Below are positions 11,223 through 20,376 of a stretch of DNA of 64,000 nt, piece after piece. Below the pieces are notes generated by a model, which saw only the letters and a program-made list of their open reading frames with translations, was not told where the DNA came from and made no database searches. The position numbers were made by a program, and so were the translations under genes. The stretch is from Hyphomonadaceae bacterium (lineage in GTDB: Bacteria; Pseudomonadota; Alphaproteobacteria; Caulobacterales; Hyphomonadaceae): the NCBI GenBank assembly GCA_043513745.1, contig CP121341.1, positions 298,599 to 362,598 of the forward strand. The letters are read 5' to 3'. Within the stretch, counting starts at the first letter, position 1. Each line of letters begins with the position of its first letter.

Positions 11223-13214
11223 ATGCGGATCATAGTTGCGGGATTAGGGTTGGCCTTATTGGCAGCATGCGGGCAAGACGAGGCAGCGCCACCTGAACCA
11301 TCAGCCGAGGCCATCGCAGCAGGCCTACCAGCACCAGGAGCTGCGACGTCCGTTACCAAACAAGCCAATGCAGATCTCGCAGCGCGCCTAGACCTTTCCC
11401 AAGGATCAGACGGCGAAGATGCTCGCCGCGATCGACTGGCCTATATTGAACACGACGCGATCCTGAACGCCAATGGCGATGTGGTCTGGGCGATCCCACA
11501 GTTTGAGTTTTTGGATGCCGACGCCCCCGAGACAGTCAATCCATCCCTTTGGCGTCAATCACAACTCGCCGCGCATCATGGTCTGTTCAAGGTCATGGAC
11601 GGGATCTACCAGGTCCGCGGCTACGATTTGTCCGTGATGAGCGTCATCGAAGGCGAATCAGGTTGGATCCTGGTCGATCCTCTGACCGCCACCGAAACCG
11701 CCGCTGCAGCCTTGAAGCTCGTCAACGACACGCTAGGCGAGCGCCCGGTGACCGGCGTGCTCTACACTCACTCGCATGCAGACCATTTTGGCGGCGCGCG
11801 CGGCGTGATTACAGATGAGCAAGTCGCCGCAGGTGTGCCCGTCCTCGCCCCGATCGGGTTTTCCGAGAGCGCTGTTTCGGAGAATCTTATCGCCGGCAAC
11901 CAGATGAGCCGCCGCGCCACGCTGATGTTTGGCAACACGCTCCCACGCTCAACAACGGCCCATGTCGGATCGGGCCTCGGTCCCGGCCTTCCGAATGGAA
12001 CGGTCAGTTTGCTGCTTCCCACGGAAGAGATTGAGGGCCGGGGAACCGTACGCGTGATTGACGGTGTGACCTTCGAGTTCATCGACGCCGCAGGGACCGA
12101 AGCGCCTGCTGAATTCATGTTCTATCTTCCGGAGAAGCGGGCGCTGTGTACCGCAGAAGTGGCCACAGCGACCTTCCACAATGTGCTGACACCTCGAGGT
12201 GCCAAAGTCCGTGATGCGCTGAAATGGAGCCGCGTCATTGATTACGTTCTCGCTGAGTATGGCGACAAAAGCGATGTGGTCTTCGCCTCTCACCATTGGC
12301 CGACCTGGGGCGAGGAAAACGTTGCCGGGTTCCTGGCGAGCCAGCGCGATATCTATCGATACGTTCACGACCAGACCCTGCGCAATGCCAATGCCGGGGC
12401 GACCATGGTAGAAGCCGCGGAAGCGGTGGAAGAGCCAGGCTTCCAGGGCGAAGACTTCACCACGCGCGGCTATTACGGGACGCTCAATCACAATGCCAAA
12501 GCGGTGTATCAGCACTATTTTGGCTGGTGGGGCGGCGTTCCAGCAGATTACAACAGGCTGCCGCACGAAGTGACAGCTTCGCGATATGTTGATGCGATGG
12601 GCGGCGCTGATCGTGTCCTCGAAATCGGTCAATCCGCATTCGAGTCTGGGGACTATCGCTGGGCCGCAGAAGTCTTCAATCATCTGGTATTCGCCGACCC
12701 TGACAATCAAGAAGGGCGCGACTGGCTATCGGCCACCTATGAGCAACTCGGTTTTCAGGCTGAAAGCGGCGCCTGGCGCAGCTACTATCTGACAGGGGCT
12801 GCGGAACTCAGGCGGGGTGTGCCGGATGTTGGTAATCCAAACCTCGGCAATCCGGACTTTCTGAAAGCGGTTCCGTCGCTGGATTTGTTCGACGCGTTGG
12901 CCGTGCGATACAATCCCGGCGAAATGGACCGGGATCCGTTCGTAGTCGTGTTCAATTTCCCCGATCGGGATGAGACCGTCAGCCTCCTGGTTGAGAAATC
13001 GGTCCTTGTTCCCCGAATGGGAGCCACAGAAGACGCGACCGCTACGGTCACCATCAATCGCAGCGATCTCGATCGCCTGATCCTCGGAGAGGCAGCACCG
13101 CTTGGGCTAATCACAGGCGGCAAGATGAAGATTAGCGGCAAGCGCAGTGCTGTGTCCGCCATGTTTGACGCGCTCGACCAACCAGATTTCTGGTTCAATA
13201 CAGTGACGCCGTAA
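11223..13214 (+). CDS. Alkyl/aryl sulfatase (SdsA1-type MBL fold with dimerisation and SCP2 domains), lipoprotein
   Basis: Lipobox LAAC; HSHADHFGG, SHHWP, YYG and WRSYYLTGA motifs. Confidence 0.92.
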   Translation: MRIIVAGLGLALLAACGQDEAAPPEPSAEAIAAGLPAPGAATSVTKQANADLAARLDLSQGSDGEDARRDRLAYIEHDAILNANGDVVWAIPQFEFLDADAPETVNPSLWRQSQLAAHHGLFKVMDGIYQVRGYDLSVMSVIEGESGWILVDPLTATETAAAALKLVNDTLGERPVTGVLYTHSHADHFGGARGVITDEQVAAGVPVLAPIGFSESAVSENLIAGNQMSRRATLMFGNTLPRSTTAHVGSGLGPGLPNGTVSLLLPTEEIEGRGTVRVIDGVTFEFIDAAGTEAPAEFMFYLPEKRALCTAEVATATFHNVLTPRGAKVRDALKWSRVIDYVLAEYGDKSDVVFASHHWPTWGEENVAGFLASQRDIYRYVHDQTLRNANAGATMVEAAEAVEEPGFQGEDFTTRGYYGTLNHNAKAVYQHYFGWWGGVPADYNRLPHEVTASRYVDAMGGADRVLEIGQSAFESGDYRWAAEVFNHLVFADPDNQEGRDWLSATYEQLGFQAESGAWRSYYLTGAAELRRGVPDVGNPNLGNPDFLKAVPSLDLFDALAVRYNPGEMDRDPFVVVFNFPDRDETVSLLVEKSVLVPRMGATEDATATVTINRSDLDRLILGEAAPLGLITGGKMKISGKRSAVSAMFDALDQPDFWFNTVTP

Positions 13215-13355
13215 CGAGCGATCCCGGGGGAGATCCGGGGATGCGGCTTTTGAGTCACAGGTCGTTACGAAAACGCAATAAGTTTATGCGTCCCCTATTC
13301 TCCCGTGGCGCGAGTTTTGCTTACCTGTTTCGGGGTAATCCCCAGGGGACGCAAA

Positions 13356-13532
13356 ATGAAACGCTTGAAGACCGTCCGATTTTTTCGGCGCGAGTTGAAC
13401 ACAGACGCAACTGATAACCGTGAACCGACTATTCTGGATCACGGGGATCCGATTACGGTAAAACTGACGAGAGAGCTGGAGGATCGCCGACGGCGCCTGA
13501 GCCTCAGCGAAAACCATCCCGTCGGACTCTAG
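13356..13532 (+). CDS. Small hypothetical protein (58 aa)
   Basis: ATG at 13356 after GGGGA; no recognisable motif; 4-bp convergent overlap with the XRE gene. Confidence 0.3.
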   Translation: MKRLKTVRFFRRELNTDATDNREPTILDHGDPITVKLTRELEDRRRRLSLSENHPVGL

Positions 13533-13753
13533 TCACCGTCCCATCCGAAGACATCCTCTAGTCTGACACCGAACACCCGCGCGATCCGAAACGCGCTTTC
13601 GAGGCTGGGCGAATATTTACCTCGCTCGATCGCGATGACGGTTTGGCGGGTTACACCGATCTCTTTCGCCAGCGCTGACTGGCTCATCTGATCTTTCGCC
13701 TCGCGAAGCTCTTTGACGCGATTGGTTATTGGGGGCCGTTTTGCCATGATCAA
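13529..13753 (-). CDS. XRE/Cro-C1 HTH transcriptional regulator
   Basis: SQSALAKEIGVTRQTVIAIERGKYSPSL. Confidence 0.92.
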   Translation of the reverse strand: MIMAKRPPITNRVKELREAKDQMSQSALAKEIGVTRQTVIAIERGKYSPSLESAFRIARVFGVRLEDVFGWDGD

Positions 13754-14172
13754 ACGCCCCGGCGAAAGAAAAAGATCTGTAGACCATATTCAGCAATCTG
13801 GCTGATAATCATGGTCGCAAAGACCAGATGAAAGAGCCGATTGCCATCGCCATTCACGCCGAAATCTATCAGCGCGCATATAATCAGAAAGCCCATCGCT
13901 CGGCCGCTCCAGGCTTCGCCCTTGAACTGGATCACCTTCTCGCGCTCATCCAAGTCGGTATTCGCTTCCGATGGTTTTGTGATCGAGATCAAAATCGACG
14001 CGACGATTGAGGCGATCACAAGAAGGACCACATATCCAATCATCAGGGGCAGAATTGGCGGAGGAAACTGACCCAACGCGTCAGCGGCCTGAAATATAAC
14101 GCTATAATAAGCTACACCGGTAACGATGAGGATCAACATCATCGCCCATGCCATCTTTTCCTGAAATCCCAT
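13750..14172 (-). CDS. Four-TM membrane protein co-transcribed with the XRE regulator
   Basis: Hydrophobic segments with a DEREK loop; ATGA overlap with the XRE gene. Confidence 0.8.
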   Translation of the reverse strand: MGFQEKMAWAMMLILIVTGVAYYSVIFQAADALGQFPPPILPLMIGYVVLLVIASIVASILISITKPSEANTDLDEREKVIQFKGEAWSGRAMGFLIICALIDFGVNGDGNRLFHLVFATMIISQIAEYGLQIFFFRRGV

Positions 14173-14198
14173 TATAGTCTCCTATTCATAAATCGAAG

Positions 14199-14262
14199 TG
14201 TCAAAAATCTTGTACACACCCCATGTAGTAAAACATTTTTGACATGTCAAATATTTTCGACA
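14199..14262. promoter_or_regulatory. Three pseudo-palindromic operator-like sites (TGTCAA...ACA/ACT, 18 bp)
   Basis: tgtcaaaaatcttgtaca 14199-14216, an inverted copy 14227-14244 and tgtcaaatattttcgaca 14245-14262, upstream of the membrane-protein/XRE operon. Confidence 0.55.
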
Positions 14263-14338
14263 CACACGTGGACCCCCCCTTTGACAGCAGCGCCGAGAGT
14301 GATACCTCCCGGCGCTTACACTAAGGAGCCCTGAACCG

Positions 14339-15925
14339 ATGAGCGATCTCCAATCTCTCGCAGAAACCGCAAAAGCCTGGCCGTTTGAACAAGCGCGCGC
14401 CTTGCTGAAACGCCTGCGCAATATGGAGAAACAGGGCAAACCGAAACAGGGCCCGGTCGTGTTCGAAACCGGCTATGGTCCGTCAGGCTTGCCGCATATC
14501 GGTACGTTCGGCGAGGTCGTGCGCACCACGATGGTCAAGCAGGCCTTCGAAGCGCTGACCGACGGCGCGTTTGAAACCCGGCTGATCTGCATCTCTGATG
14601 ATATGGACGGGATGCGGAAAGTCCCGCCAACGGTGCCGAACCCGGATTCGCTTGAGCCCTATCTGCAGCAACCGCTGACCGCTGTGCCGGATCCGTTTGG
14701 CACGCATGAGAGCTATGGCGCGCATATGGGTGCCCGGCTCTGCGCCTTCCTGGACAATTTCGGCTTTGAGTATGAGTTTCTGTCCGCGACCGAATGCTAC
14801 AAGAATGGCACGTTCGATCCAATGTTGCTCCGCGCGCTGGAAAAGTTCGACGAGATCATGGCCGTGATGTTGCCAACCCTCGGCGCAGAGCGTCAGGCGA
14901 CTTACTCGCCATTCCTACCCATCTCACCGACCACAGGCCGCGTGCTCTATGTGCCGATGAAGGCCACCGACCCGAAAGCCGGGACGATCACGTTCGAGGA
15001 TGAAGACGGGACCGACGTGACCCTTCCTGTCACAGGCGGGCACGCCAAGCTGCAATGGAAACCTGATTTCGGGATGCGCTGGGCGGCTCTCGGCGTCGAT
15101 TTCGAGATGTTCGGCAAGGACCATCAGGACAATGCGCCGATCTATTCCAAGATTTGCCGGATCCTCGGCGTGCAACCGCCGCAGCAATATGTCTACGAAC
15201 TCTTCCTGGACGAGCAAGGCACCAAGATCTCCAAGACCAAGGGGAATGGGATCGCGGTTGAAGAGTGGCTGAAATACGCCCCGCAAGAGAGCCTGTCTCT
15301 GTATCAGTTCCAGAAGCCGCGCGTGGCGAAGAAGCTTTATTTCGACGTCATCCCGAAAGCCGTTGATGAGTATCTGACCTTTCTCGAAAAGTTCCCGGAT
15401 GAGGAACCTAAAAGACAAGTCGAAAACCCGGTCTGGCACATTCATGGCGGTACGCCGCCGGAAGAAACTTCGCCTGTCAGCTTCGCGCTATTGCTGAACC
15501 TTGTGAGCGTGGCCAATGCGGAAAACCGCGAGCAGCTTTGGGGCTATATCTCTCGCTATGCGCCAGGCGCATCTGCGGAAACTCACCCGCTGCTCGACCG
15601 GCTCGCGGGATATGCGTTGGCCTATTACCGCGATTTCGTGGAGCCGACCAAATCCTACCGGGCACCCGACGAGCAGGAACGCGCCGCCATGGCCGATCTT
15701 GCGACGCGCTTGCGGGCCTGGGATGCGGACGTGGATCAGGGCGAGCTGCAAACGCTCACTTTCACCGTCGGCAAAGAGCATGAGTTCGAAAACCTGCGCG
15801 GTTGGTTCCAGGCGCTCTACGAAGTCCTGCTGGGCCAAAGCCAGGGCCCACGCTTCGGCGGCTTTATCGCGCTCTATGGCGTCAACGAAACCGCGCAACT
15901 GATCGAGGACGCGCTCGCACGCTGA
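14339..15925 (+). CDS. lysS: Lysine--tRNA ligase, class I
   Basis: [28 protein letters not shown] and GPRFG motifs. Confidence 0.97.
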   Translation: MSDLQSLAETAKAWPFEQARALLKRLRNMEKQGKPKQGPVVFETGYGPSGLPHIGTFGEVVRTTMVKQAFEALTDGAFETRLICISDDMDGMRKVPPTVPNPDSLEPYLQQPLTAVPDPFGTHESYGAHMGARLCAFLDNFGFEYEFLSATECYKNGTFDPMLLRALEKFDEIMAVMLPTLGAERQATYSPFLPISPTTGRVLYVPMKATDPKAGTITFEDEDGTDVTLPVTGGHAKLQWKPDFGMRWAALGVDFEMFGKDHQDNAPIYSKICRILGVQPPQQYVYELFLDEQGTKISKTKGNGIAVEEWLKYAPQESLSLYQFQKPRVAKKLYFDVIPKAVDEYLTFLEKFPDEEPKRQVENPVWHIHGGTPPEETSPVSFALLLNLVSVANAENREQLWGYISRYAPGASAETHPLLDRLAGYALAYYRDFVEPTKSYRAPDEQERAAMADLATRLRAWDADVDQGELQTLTFTVGKEHEFENLRGWFQALYEVLLGQSQGPRFGGFIALYGVNETAQLIEDALAR

Positions 15926-15982
15926 TGGTCGTACGCGGGCGGTTTTGGTTGATGGATTGGGGCGGGTTTAAGCCACTCCGAT

Positions 15983-16012
15983 AATGTCCGCTTTCGGGTC
16001 ATAGCGGACGTT
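15983..16012. repeat. Palindromic cassette-boundary element E1
   Basis: AATGTCCGCT-TTCGGGTCAT-AGCGGACGTT. Confidence 0.85.
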
Positions 16013-16044
16013 AGGCGGTCACGGATCGAACGTGCTTCGACTTT

Positions 16045-17037
16045 TTATTCGTTGAGTTCTAAATCCGTTGGCGGCTCGAACGCTCCGATGGTTTCGATTC
16101 GGGATTCGATCGCGGCTCGACTGACGCTCCAATGATCCAAGGTTTCGCGATCATTCATCCCGCGATCAGCAGCGAGCGCAGAGATGCGTCCCATTCCCGA
16201 AAATAGCGTCGTCGGGAGCTGAGCGGCGATCGGATCAGCGAAGGCGATGTCCGGATTCACGATCTCCCAGCCATCCTCGCGCAAGCCGTCGACCATCTCG
16301 GTGGTAAAGCTCGCGGCCAGATCATTTTCGTGCAGCAGCAATACTTGTACGGGACGACGATCAAGGACACGGAGCGCTAAATCGTCATAATGCGCGGCGG
16401 CGTCGACAACCATATCGACGTAGACGCGAGACAGAGCATCCATATTCACCTCTTTTCCGTTTCGGACTGCGTCAGCCCAAAGCGAATCGAGATGCCAGTC
16501 ATAGGTGTCGACCGTTACATATCCGCTGAGTAAGTCGCGTTGCTCGAGCGCTGCGCGGAGCGAGTCGCGTTTCTCAATGCTTCGCGCATCGGAGACTGAA
16601 CCGCCTTCATCCAGATATGGAAACCGAAACCAAGGGCGCCGATTCTCAAATATGCTGAGACGCGCCTCTGCGCGGTCGATGTCAGAGATGTAATCCTCAA
16701 GTGAAGTTCGGCTCGCATGATTGTGCTGATCACTGTGATTGGCAATCAAATGCCCCGCAGCGGCATAGTCAACGATCCGGTCGACGCCTTCGGTCTGATC
16801 CAGCCTTCGCGTCGTCACGAAGAACGCCACTGGCCCAGTTTCGGCCTCGGCCCACTGCGAGATCAAAGCGTCCGTTCGTTCGCGCCCAGAAAACCGGGGG
16901 CCATCGCCAAGCGGCCCGTCATCGTAGGTCAGAGCGATTTTTTTCGGCGTGGACTCCGGTGCTTCCTTCGCCGGTTCTTGAGCTGAACACCCGCAAACAA
17001 TACTCAACATCAACACACACGAAAGCCGTAACCACAT
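16045..17037 (-). CDS. Polysaccharide deacetylase (NodB/CE4 family), probable lipoprotein
   Basis: LTYDDGP, NHSDQH, WFRFPY and LLLHEN motifs; signal peptide from ATG 17037 with RBS AAGGGAG. Confidence 0.88.
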   Translation of the reverse strand: MWLRLSCVLMLSIVCGCSAQEPAKEAPESTPKKIALTYDDGPLGDGPRFSGRERTDALISQWAEAETGPVAFFVTTRRLDQTEGVDRIVDYAAAGHLIANHSDQHNHASRTSLEDYISDIDRAEARLSIFENRRPWFRFPYLDEGGSVSDARSIEKRDSLRAALEQRDLLSGYVTVDTYDWHLDSLWADAVRNGKEVNMDALSRVYVDMVVDAAAHYDDLALRVLDRRPVQVLLLHENDLAASFTTEMVDGLREDGWEIVNPDIAFADPIAAQLPTTLFSGMGRISALAADRGMNDRETLDHWSVSRAAIESRIETIGAFEPPTDLELNE

Positions 17038-17121
17038 GACAGCACATCTCCCCTTAGAATTGATTAGCGGATGATACCTGCAACCAGGTATCGCATCCAT
17101 CCCCGCTTTCGTCCCAGAATC

Positions 17122-17152
17122 GGTGTCCGCTTTCGGCGTGAAAGCCGACGTT
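17122..17152. repeat. Palindromic cassette-boundary element E2
   Basis: GGTGTCCGCTTT-CGGCGTG-AAAGCCGACGTT, with a C:C stem mismatch. Confidence 0.75.
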
Positions 17153-17155
17153 TGC

Positions 17156-17446
17156 TTACTCAGTCTCGATTCCGTAGGTCTTTCGCTTGTACGCTCGGAA
17201 CACCACGCCGACCCCTGCTGTAAATCCCCAAAACAAGATCACCGGAATGACGATGAATGGCCACGTCATCAGATGCACTTCGAGTATTCCCTCAGCGATA
17301 CCCAATGCCTCAGCGTCCAAGGCGGTATCGATTCTTTGTTCAAATGTTCCCTTTTGTCCGAACCAAATCAGCGCACTTAGCCCAAGGACGCATGCAGCAA
17401 GGAAAAGGCGAAAGTACATGATTGAATCAAACTTCATTACCTTCAC
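17156..17446 (-). CDS. Small two-TM hypothetical membrane protein
   Basis: 96 aa with two hydrophobic helices; fills the space between E2 and E3. Confidence 0.7.
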   Translation of the reverse strand: MKVMKFDSIMYFRLFLAACVLGLSALIWFGQKGTFEQRIDTALDAEALGIAEGILEVHLMTWPFIVIPVILFWGFTAGVGVVFRAYKRKTYGIETE

Positions 17447-17482
17447 TCTGCAGCCGTAGTTCTATTTCTTCAACACCCATGT

Positions 17483-17511
17483 AATGTCTGCTCCTGACCC
17501 AAAGCGGACAC
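17483..17511. repeat. Palindromic cassette-boundary element E3
   Basis: AATGTCTGCT-CCTGACCCAA-AGCGGACAC. Confidence 0.85.
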
Positions 17512-17524
17512 TTCTGGCTATGAT

Positions 17525-18142
17525 CTATTGGGCTTTGAGTGGCATCCCATAAAGCGGGCGAACCTCGTCAGGGACTAAGCTCATGTCGATTGTTATGCCT
17601 CGCTCGGCTCCAATGCGTCCGACGATGGCGCCAATCTCGGGGGGTGTTAAATCCCCTGCAGACGCGACCTCCATGGCAACGGCATCAAAAAAGTCATCAA
17701 ACTCTCCCGAAGATGTTCCCACCAGCAAGGTTGCGTCCTCGTCGCCAGCATTCCACAGTGCGTGCGACCCGCCGCGCGGGAGCATGACCAAACCGCCCGG
17801 TGAAATTGTCTTTTGTTGGCCGTCTGCCATAAACGTGACCGTCCCTTCTCGGACATAGAAGAACTCGTCCTCATGCGTATGCGTATGCGGCGGTGCACCA
17901 GCGCTGTTTGCTGGCACTTTGATCTCAAAAAGACTTAGACCGGCATCATTGGTCTCAGCACCAACCAACCGCGTCGTCGGATGAAGTGGAAAGTCGATTG
18001 GTTCGCCTTCGCCGACATCAATTAGAAGTGCTGGTTTTGCTTCAGTCGTGCTTGTTGTATTCTCGGCAAAACTAGACGATGTGCATGCCATTAGCGCGAA
18101 TGCTGACATGCCTGCTAGCGCTCCACCCGATAAACTTTTCAT
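17525..18142 (-). CDS. Cupin-domain protein, probable lipoprotein
   Basis: PPHTHTHEDEFFYVREG and PRGGSHALWN cupin motifs; start ATG 18142 with RBS GGGAGG; LMAC lipobox-like. Confidence 0.88.
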   Translation of the reverse strand: MKSLSGGALAGMSAFALMACTSSSFAENTTSTTEAKPALLIDVGEGEPIDFPLHPTTRLVGAETNDAGLSLFEIKVPANSAGAPPHTHTHEDEFFYVREGTVTFMADGQQKTISPGGLVMLPRGGSHALWNAGDEDATLLVGTSSGEFDDFFDAVAMEVASAGDLTPPEIGAIVGRIGAERGITIDMSLVPDEVRPLYGMPLKAQ

Positions 18143-18239
18143 CGCGAATCCTCCCTCTTTCGAAAATACAATGCGGGAGGCCTCTCGGTTCTGCAAGTTT
18201 CGTTCGTTCCGCTAATTTCGGCCAATGTCCGCTTTTGAC

Positions 18240-19465
18240 TGCGGATTCAAATGATCGTCGCAACACTTTAGTTTGATTGGAAACTGGAGTGGAAGTCATG
18301 AAGCAACGTCGACGCATTTATTACTCAGAGTCTCAGAGAGCGGAGATATGGGATCGCTGGAAGCGCGGGGAGACCATGAACGCCATTGGTCGCGTGTTTG
18401 ATCGTGGTCATTCTTCGATCTTTTCGGTTCTAGAGCCAACAGGTGGTATTCGCCCACCTGCACGTAGGCGCTCTGCCGGCGCTTTGTCTTTGTGCGAGCG
18501 CGAAGAAATCTCACGCGGTCTTGTTTCTGGTTTGTCTATGCGAGCGATTGCAAAGTCCCTGGGCCGGACTGCATCCACAATCAGCCGGGAGGTCAAACGC
18601 AATGGCGGACGGCGCGCCTATCGTGCAATCAAGGCGGATAAGCGCGCATGGGAACAAGCATTGCGCCCCAAGCCCTGCAAGCTATCTGGCAGCGCCTTCC
18701 TGCGCAGAGCTGTTTCTGCCAAACTACGCTCTGATTGGTCGCCCCAGCAAATTTCTGGTTGGCTCAAGCGAACCTATCCAGAAGATGAGCATCGCAACGT
18801 GTCGCATGAAACGATCTACAGATCTCTTTTTGTTCAGGCACGCGGTGTTCTGAAGAAGGAACTGCAGGCGTATCTGAGGACGAGACGTGCGGTGCGCCGA
18901 TCAAGACAAACAAGCTTGAAGCGAAATGGTATTGGCCAGATCAAGAACACCATATCTATCAGCCAGCGCCCTGCATCGGTTGAAGATCGCGCTGTGCCCG
19001 GACATAGGGAAGGTGATCTGATTGGCGGTTCAAAGAATAGCTATGTGGCCACATTGGTGGAACGTCATTCGCGCTATGTCATGCTGATTAAAGTGGCCAA
19101 CAAAGACACTCAGGGTGTTGTGACGGCACTCATCAAACACGCCCGTCGCCTGCCGGATGAATTGTACAAATCCCTGACTTGGGACCGCGGGAAGGAAATG
19201 GCGGATCATCAACGCTTTACATTGGCGACAGACATACAAGTTTATTTCTGTGACCCACAAAGCCCTTGGCAACGCGGATCGAACGAAAATACCAATGGTC
19301 TATTGAGGCAGTATCTGCCCAGGGGAACCGACTTGTCCCTCCACAATCAGGCTAAGCTGAATGCCATTGCAAGAAAGCTCAATGAGAGGCCAAGAAAAAC
19401 GCTGGACTATGAGACCCCGGCTGAGCGATTAAATGCGTGTGTTGCAGTGACCAATTGAATCCGCA
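18240..19465 (+). mobile_element. IS30-family insertion sequence, 1226 bp
   Basis: 27-bp terminal IRs TGCGGATTCAAATGATCGTCGCAACAC / TGCGGATTCAATTGGTCACTGCAACAC (22/27 identical); 2-bp AC duplication. Confidence 0.95.
18298..19458 (+). CDS. IS30-family DDE transposase
   Basis: Two HTH regions, SHETIY, EGDL, TWDRGKE and PWQRGSNENTNGLLRQY motifs. Confidence 0.95.
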   Translation: MKQRRRIYYSESQRAEIWDRWKRGETMNAIGRVFDRGHSSIFSVLEPTGGIRPPARRRSAGALSLCEREEISRGLVSGLSMRAIAKSLGRTASTISREVKRNGGRRAYRAIKADKRAWEQALRPKPCKLSGSAFLRRAVSAKLRSDWSPQQISGWLKRTYPEDEHRNVSHETIYRSLFVQARGVLKKELQAYLRTRRAVRRSRQTSLKRNGIGQIKNTISISQRPASVEDRAVPGHREGDLIGGSKNSYVATLVERHSRYVMLIKVANKDTQGVVTALIKHARRLPDELYKSLTWDRGKEMADHQRFTLATDIQVYFCDPQSPWQRGSNENTNGLLRQYLPRGTDLSLHNQAKLNAIARKLNERPRKTLDYETPAERLNACVAVTN

Positions 19466-19518
19466 ACCCAAAGCAGACATACCGAACATCTCTCTCAGCG
19501 CGCCAGATACTGCCCATC

Positions 19519-20271
19519 CTACCCCACCAACGCCGCCAGTTCTCCACACGTCGCGACCAGGCGCTCAATGTCCTGCTCGCGGGAGAGGCGGTGGTCGCCG
19601 TCCTTGATCAGGGAGAAGACCAGCTCCTCGCTCTTCAGCGCTTCAACCAAACGGAACGCGTGCTGCCACGGCACGTCGGGGTCCTGCATGCCCTGGAGGA
19701 TGCGGATGGGACAGGTCAGATCAATCGGTGCATCCAGGAGCGCCCATTTTTTGCCATCCTCAATCAGGTCACGGGTGATCGGGTACGGGTCGCCATAGTC
19801 GGACGGGCGCAGCGTGCGGCCCTGGTCCATGATCTCGGCTTGTTGCTCAGCGCTGAACTCGGGCCATATCAGTTTCTGTGTGAAGTCCGGGGCGGGCGCG
19901 ATCAGCACCATAGCCGCCACCCGGTTCTTCAAGGCGAGGGCGGACAGAAGCGCCATCCAGCCGCCCATGCTGGAGCCGACCAGAACGAGCGCGCCGGAGG
20001 TCAGGCCCTCAATCGCGGCGAGGGCATCCTCGCGCCAGGCTGAGATCGTCCCGTCTTCGAAATCCCCTCCAGAGACGCCGTGCCCTGAATAGTCGAACGC
20101 CAGGAAGCCATGCCCCGCCTGTTGCGCCCAGGTCTCCAGCACGGTGACTTTCGTGCCCGTCATGTCGGACTTGAAACCGGACAGCCAGACAAAGGTCAGC
20201 CCGCTCGACGGGGCGGAATACCGGTACGCCAGGCGGCGCCCTTGCGGTGAAACAAAATCCTTATGCTCCAT
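19519..20271 (-). CDS. Alpha/beta hydrolase (ABHD10-like)
   Basis: GFKSDMTGTK, GSSMGG nucleophile elbow and KDGDHRLS. Confidence 0.9.
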   Translation of the reverse strand: MEHKDFVSPQGRRLAYRYSAPSSGLTFVWLSGFKSDMTGTKVTVLETWAQQAGHGFLAFDYSGHGVSGGDFEDGTISAWREDALAAIEGLTSGALVLVGSSMGGWMALLSALALKNRVAAMVLIAPAPDFTQKLIWPEFSAEQQAEIMDQGRTLRPSDYGDPYPITRDLIEDGKKWALLDAPIDLTCPIRILQGMQDPDVPWQHAFRLVEALKSEELVFSLIKDGDHRLSREQDIERLVATCGELAALVG

Positions 20272-20376
20272 GCGCACGCTCCTTCTCGCCCGGCTTCGCC
20301 CCTTCTACTGCAACTGCTTGCGCAGACTGGCAACTTCTTCGTTTCAATGCGCGGCCAAATCAGTCACACTCAGTGG

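Larger units (their letters stand above)
18224..19480. repeat. Palindromic element E4, split by an IS30 insertion (arms 18224-18239 and 19466-19480)
   Basis: Removing the IS and one AC copy restores AATGTCCGCTTTTGACCCAAAGCAGACAT. Confidence 0.85.

Noticed and set aside
10652-11368. 238-aa minus-strand ORF, and other long shadow ORFs (e.g. 6864-7616, 25470-26387, 20344-21165, 42712-43569, 55328-56122, 36177-36932)
   Set aside because: Antisense to well-supported genes in a GC-rich genome, with no motifs.
13216-13250. Hairpin after the sulfatase gene as a third repeat family
   Set aside because: Single imperfect copy; more simply a terminator-like structure.
14339-15925. Class I LysRS as an oddity
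   Set aside because: It is the common form in many Alphaproteobacteria.
15983-16020. GCCTAAC/GTTAGGC beside E1, suggesting a classical integron attC
   Set aside because: No matching second core at attC distance, the hairpin is only about 30 bp, E2-E4 lack the motif, and no intI is present.
17123-17380. ORF starting MSAFGVKADV
   Set aside because: Its start is a translation of hairpin E2 and it is antisense to the 2-TM gene; a likely annotation artefact.
15983-19480. CRISPR interpretation of the repeated palindromes
   Set aside because: The spacers are whole genes of 0.3-1.1 kb, the repeats are divergent, and there are no cas genes.
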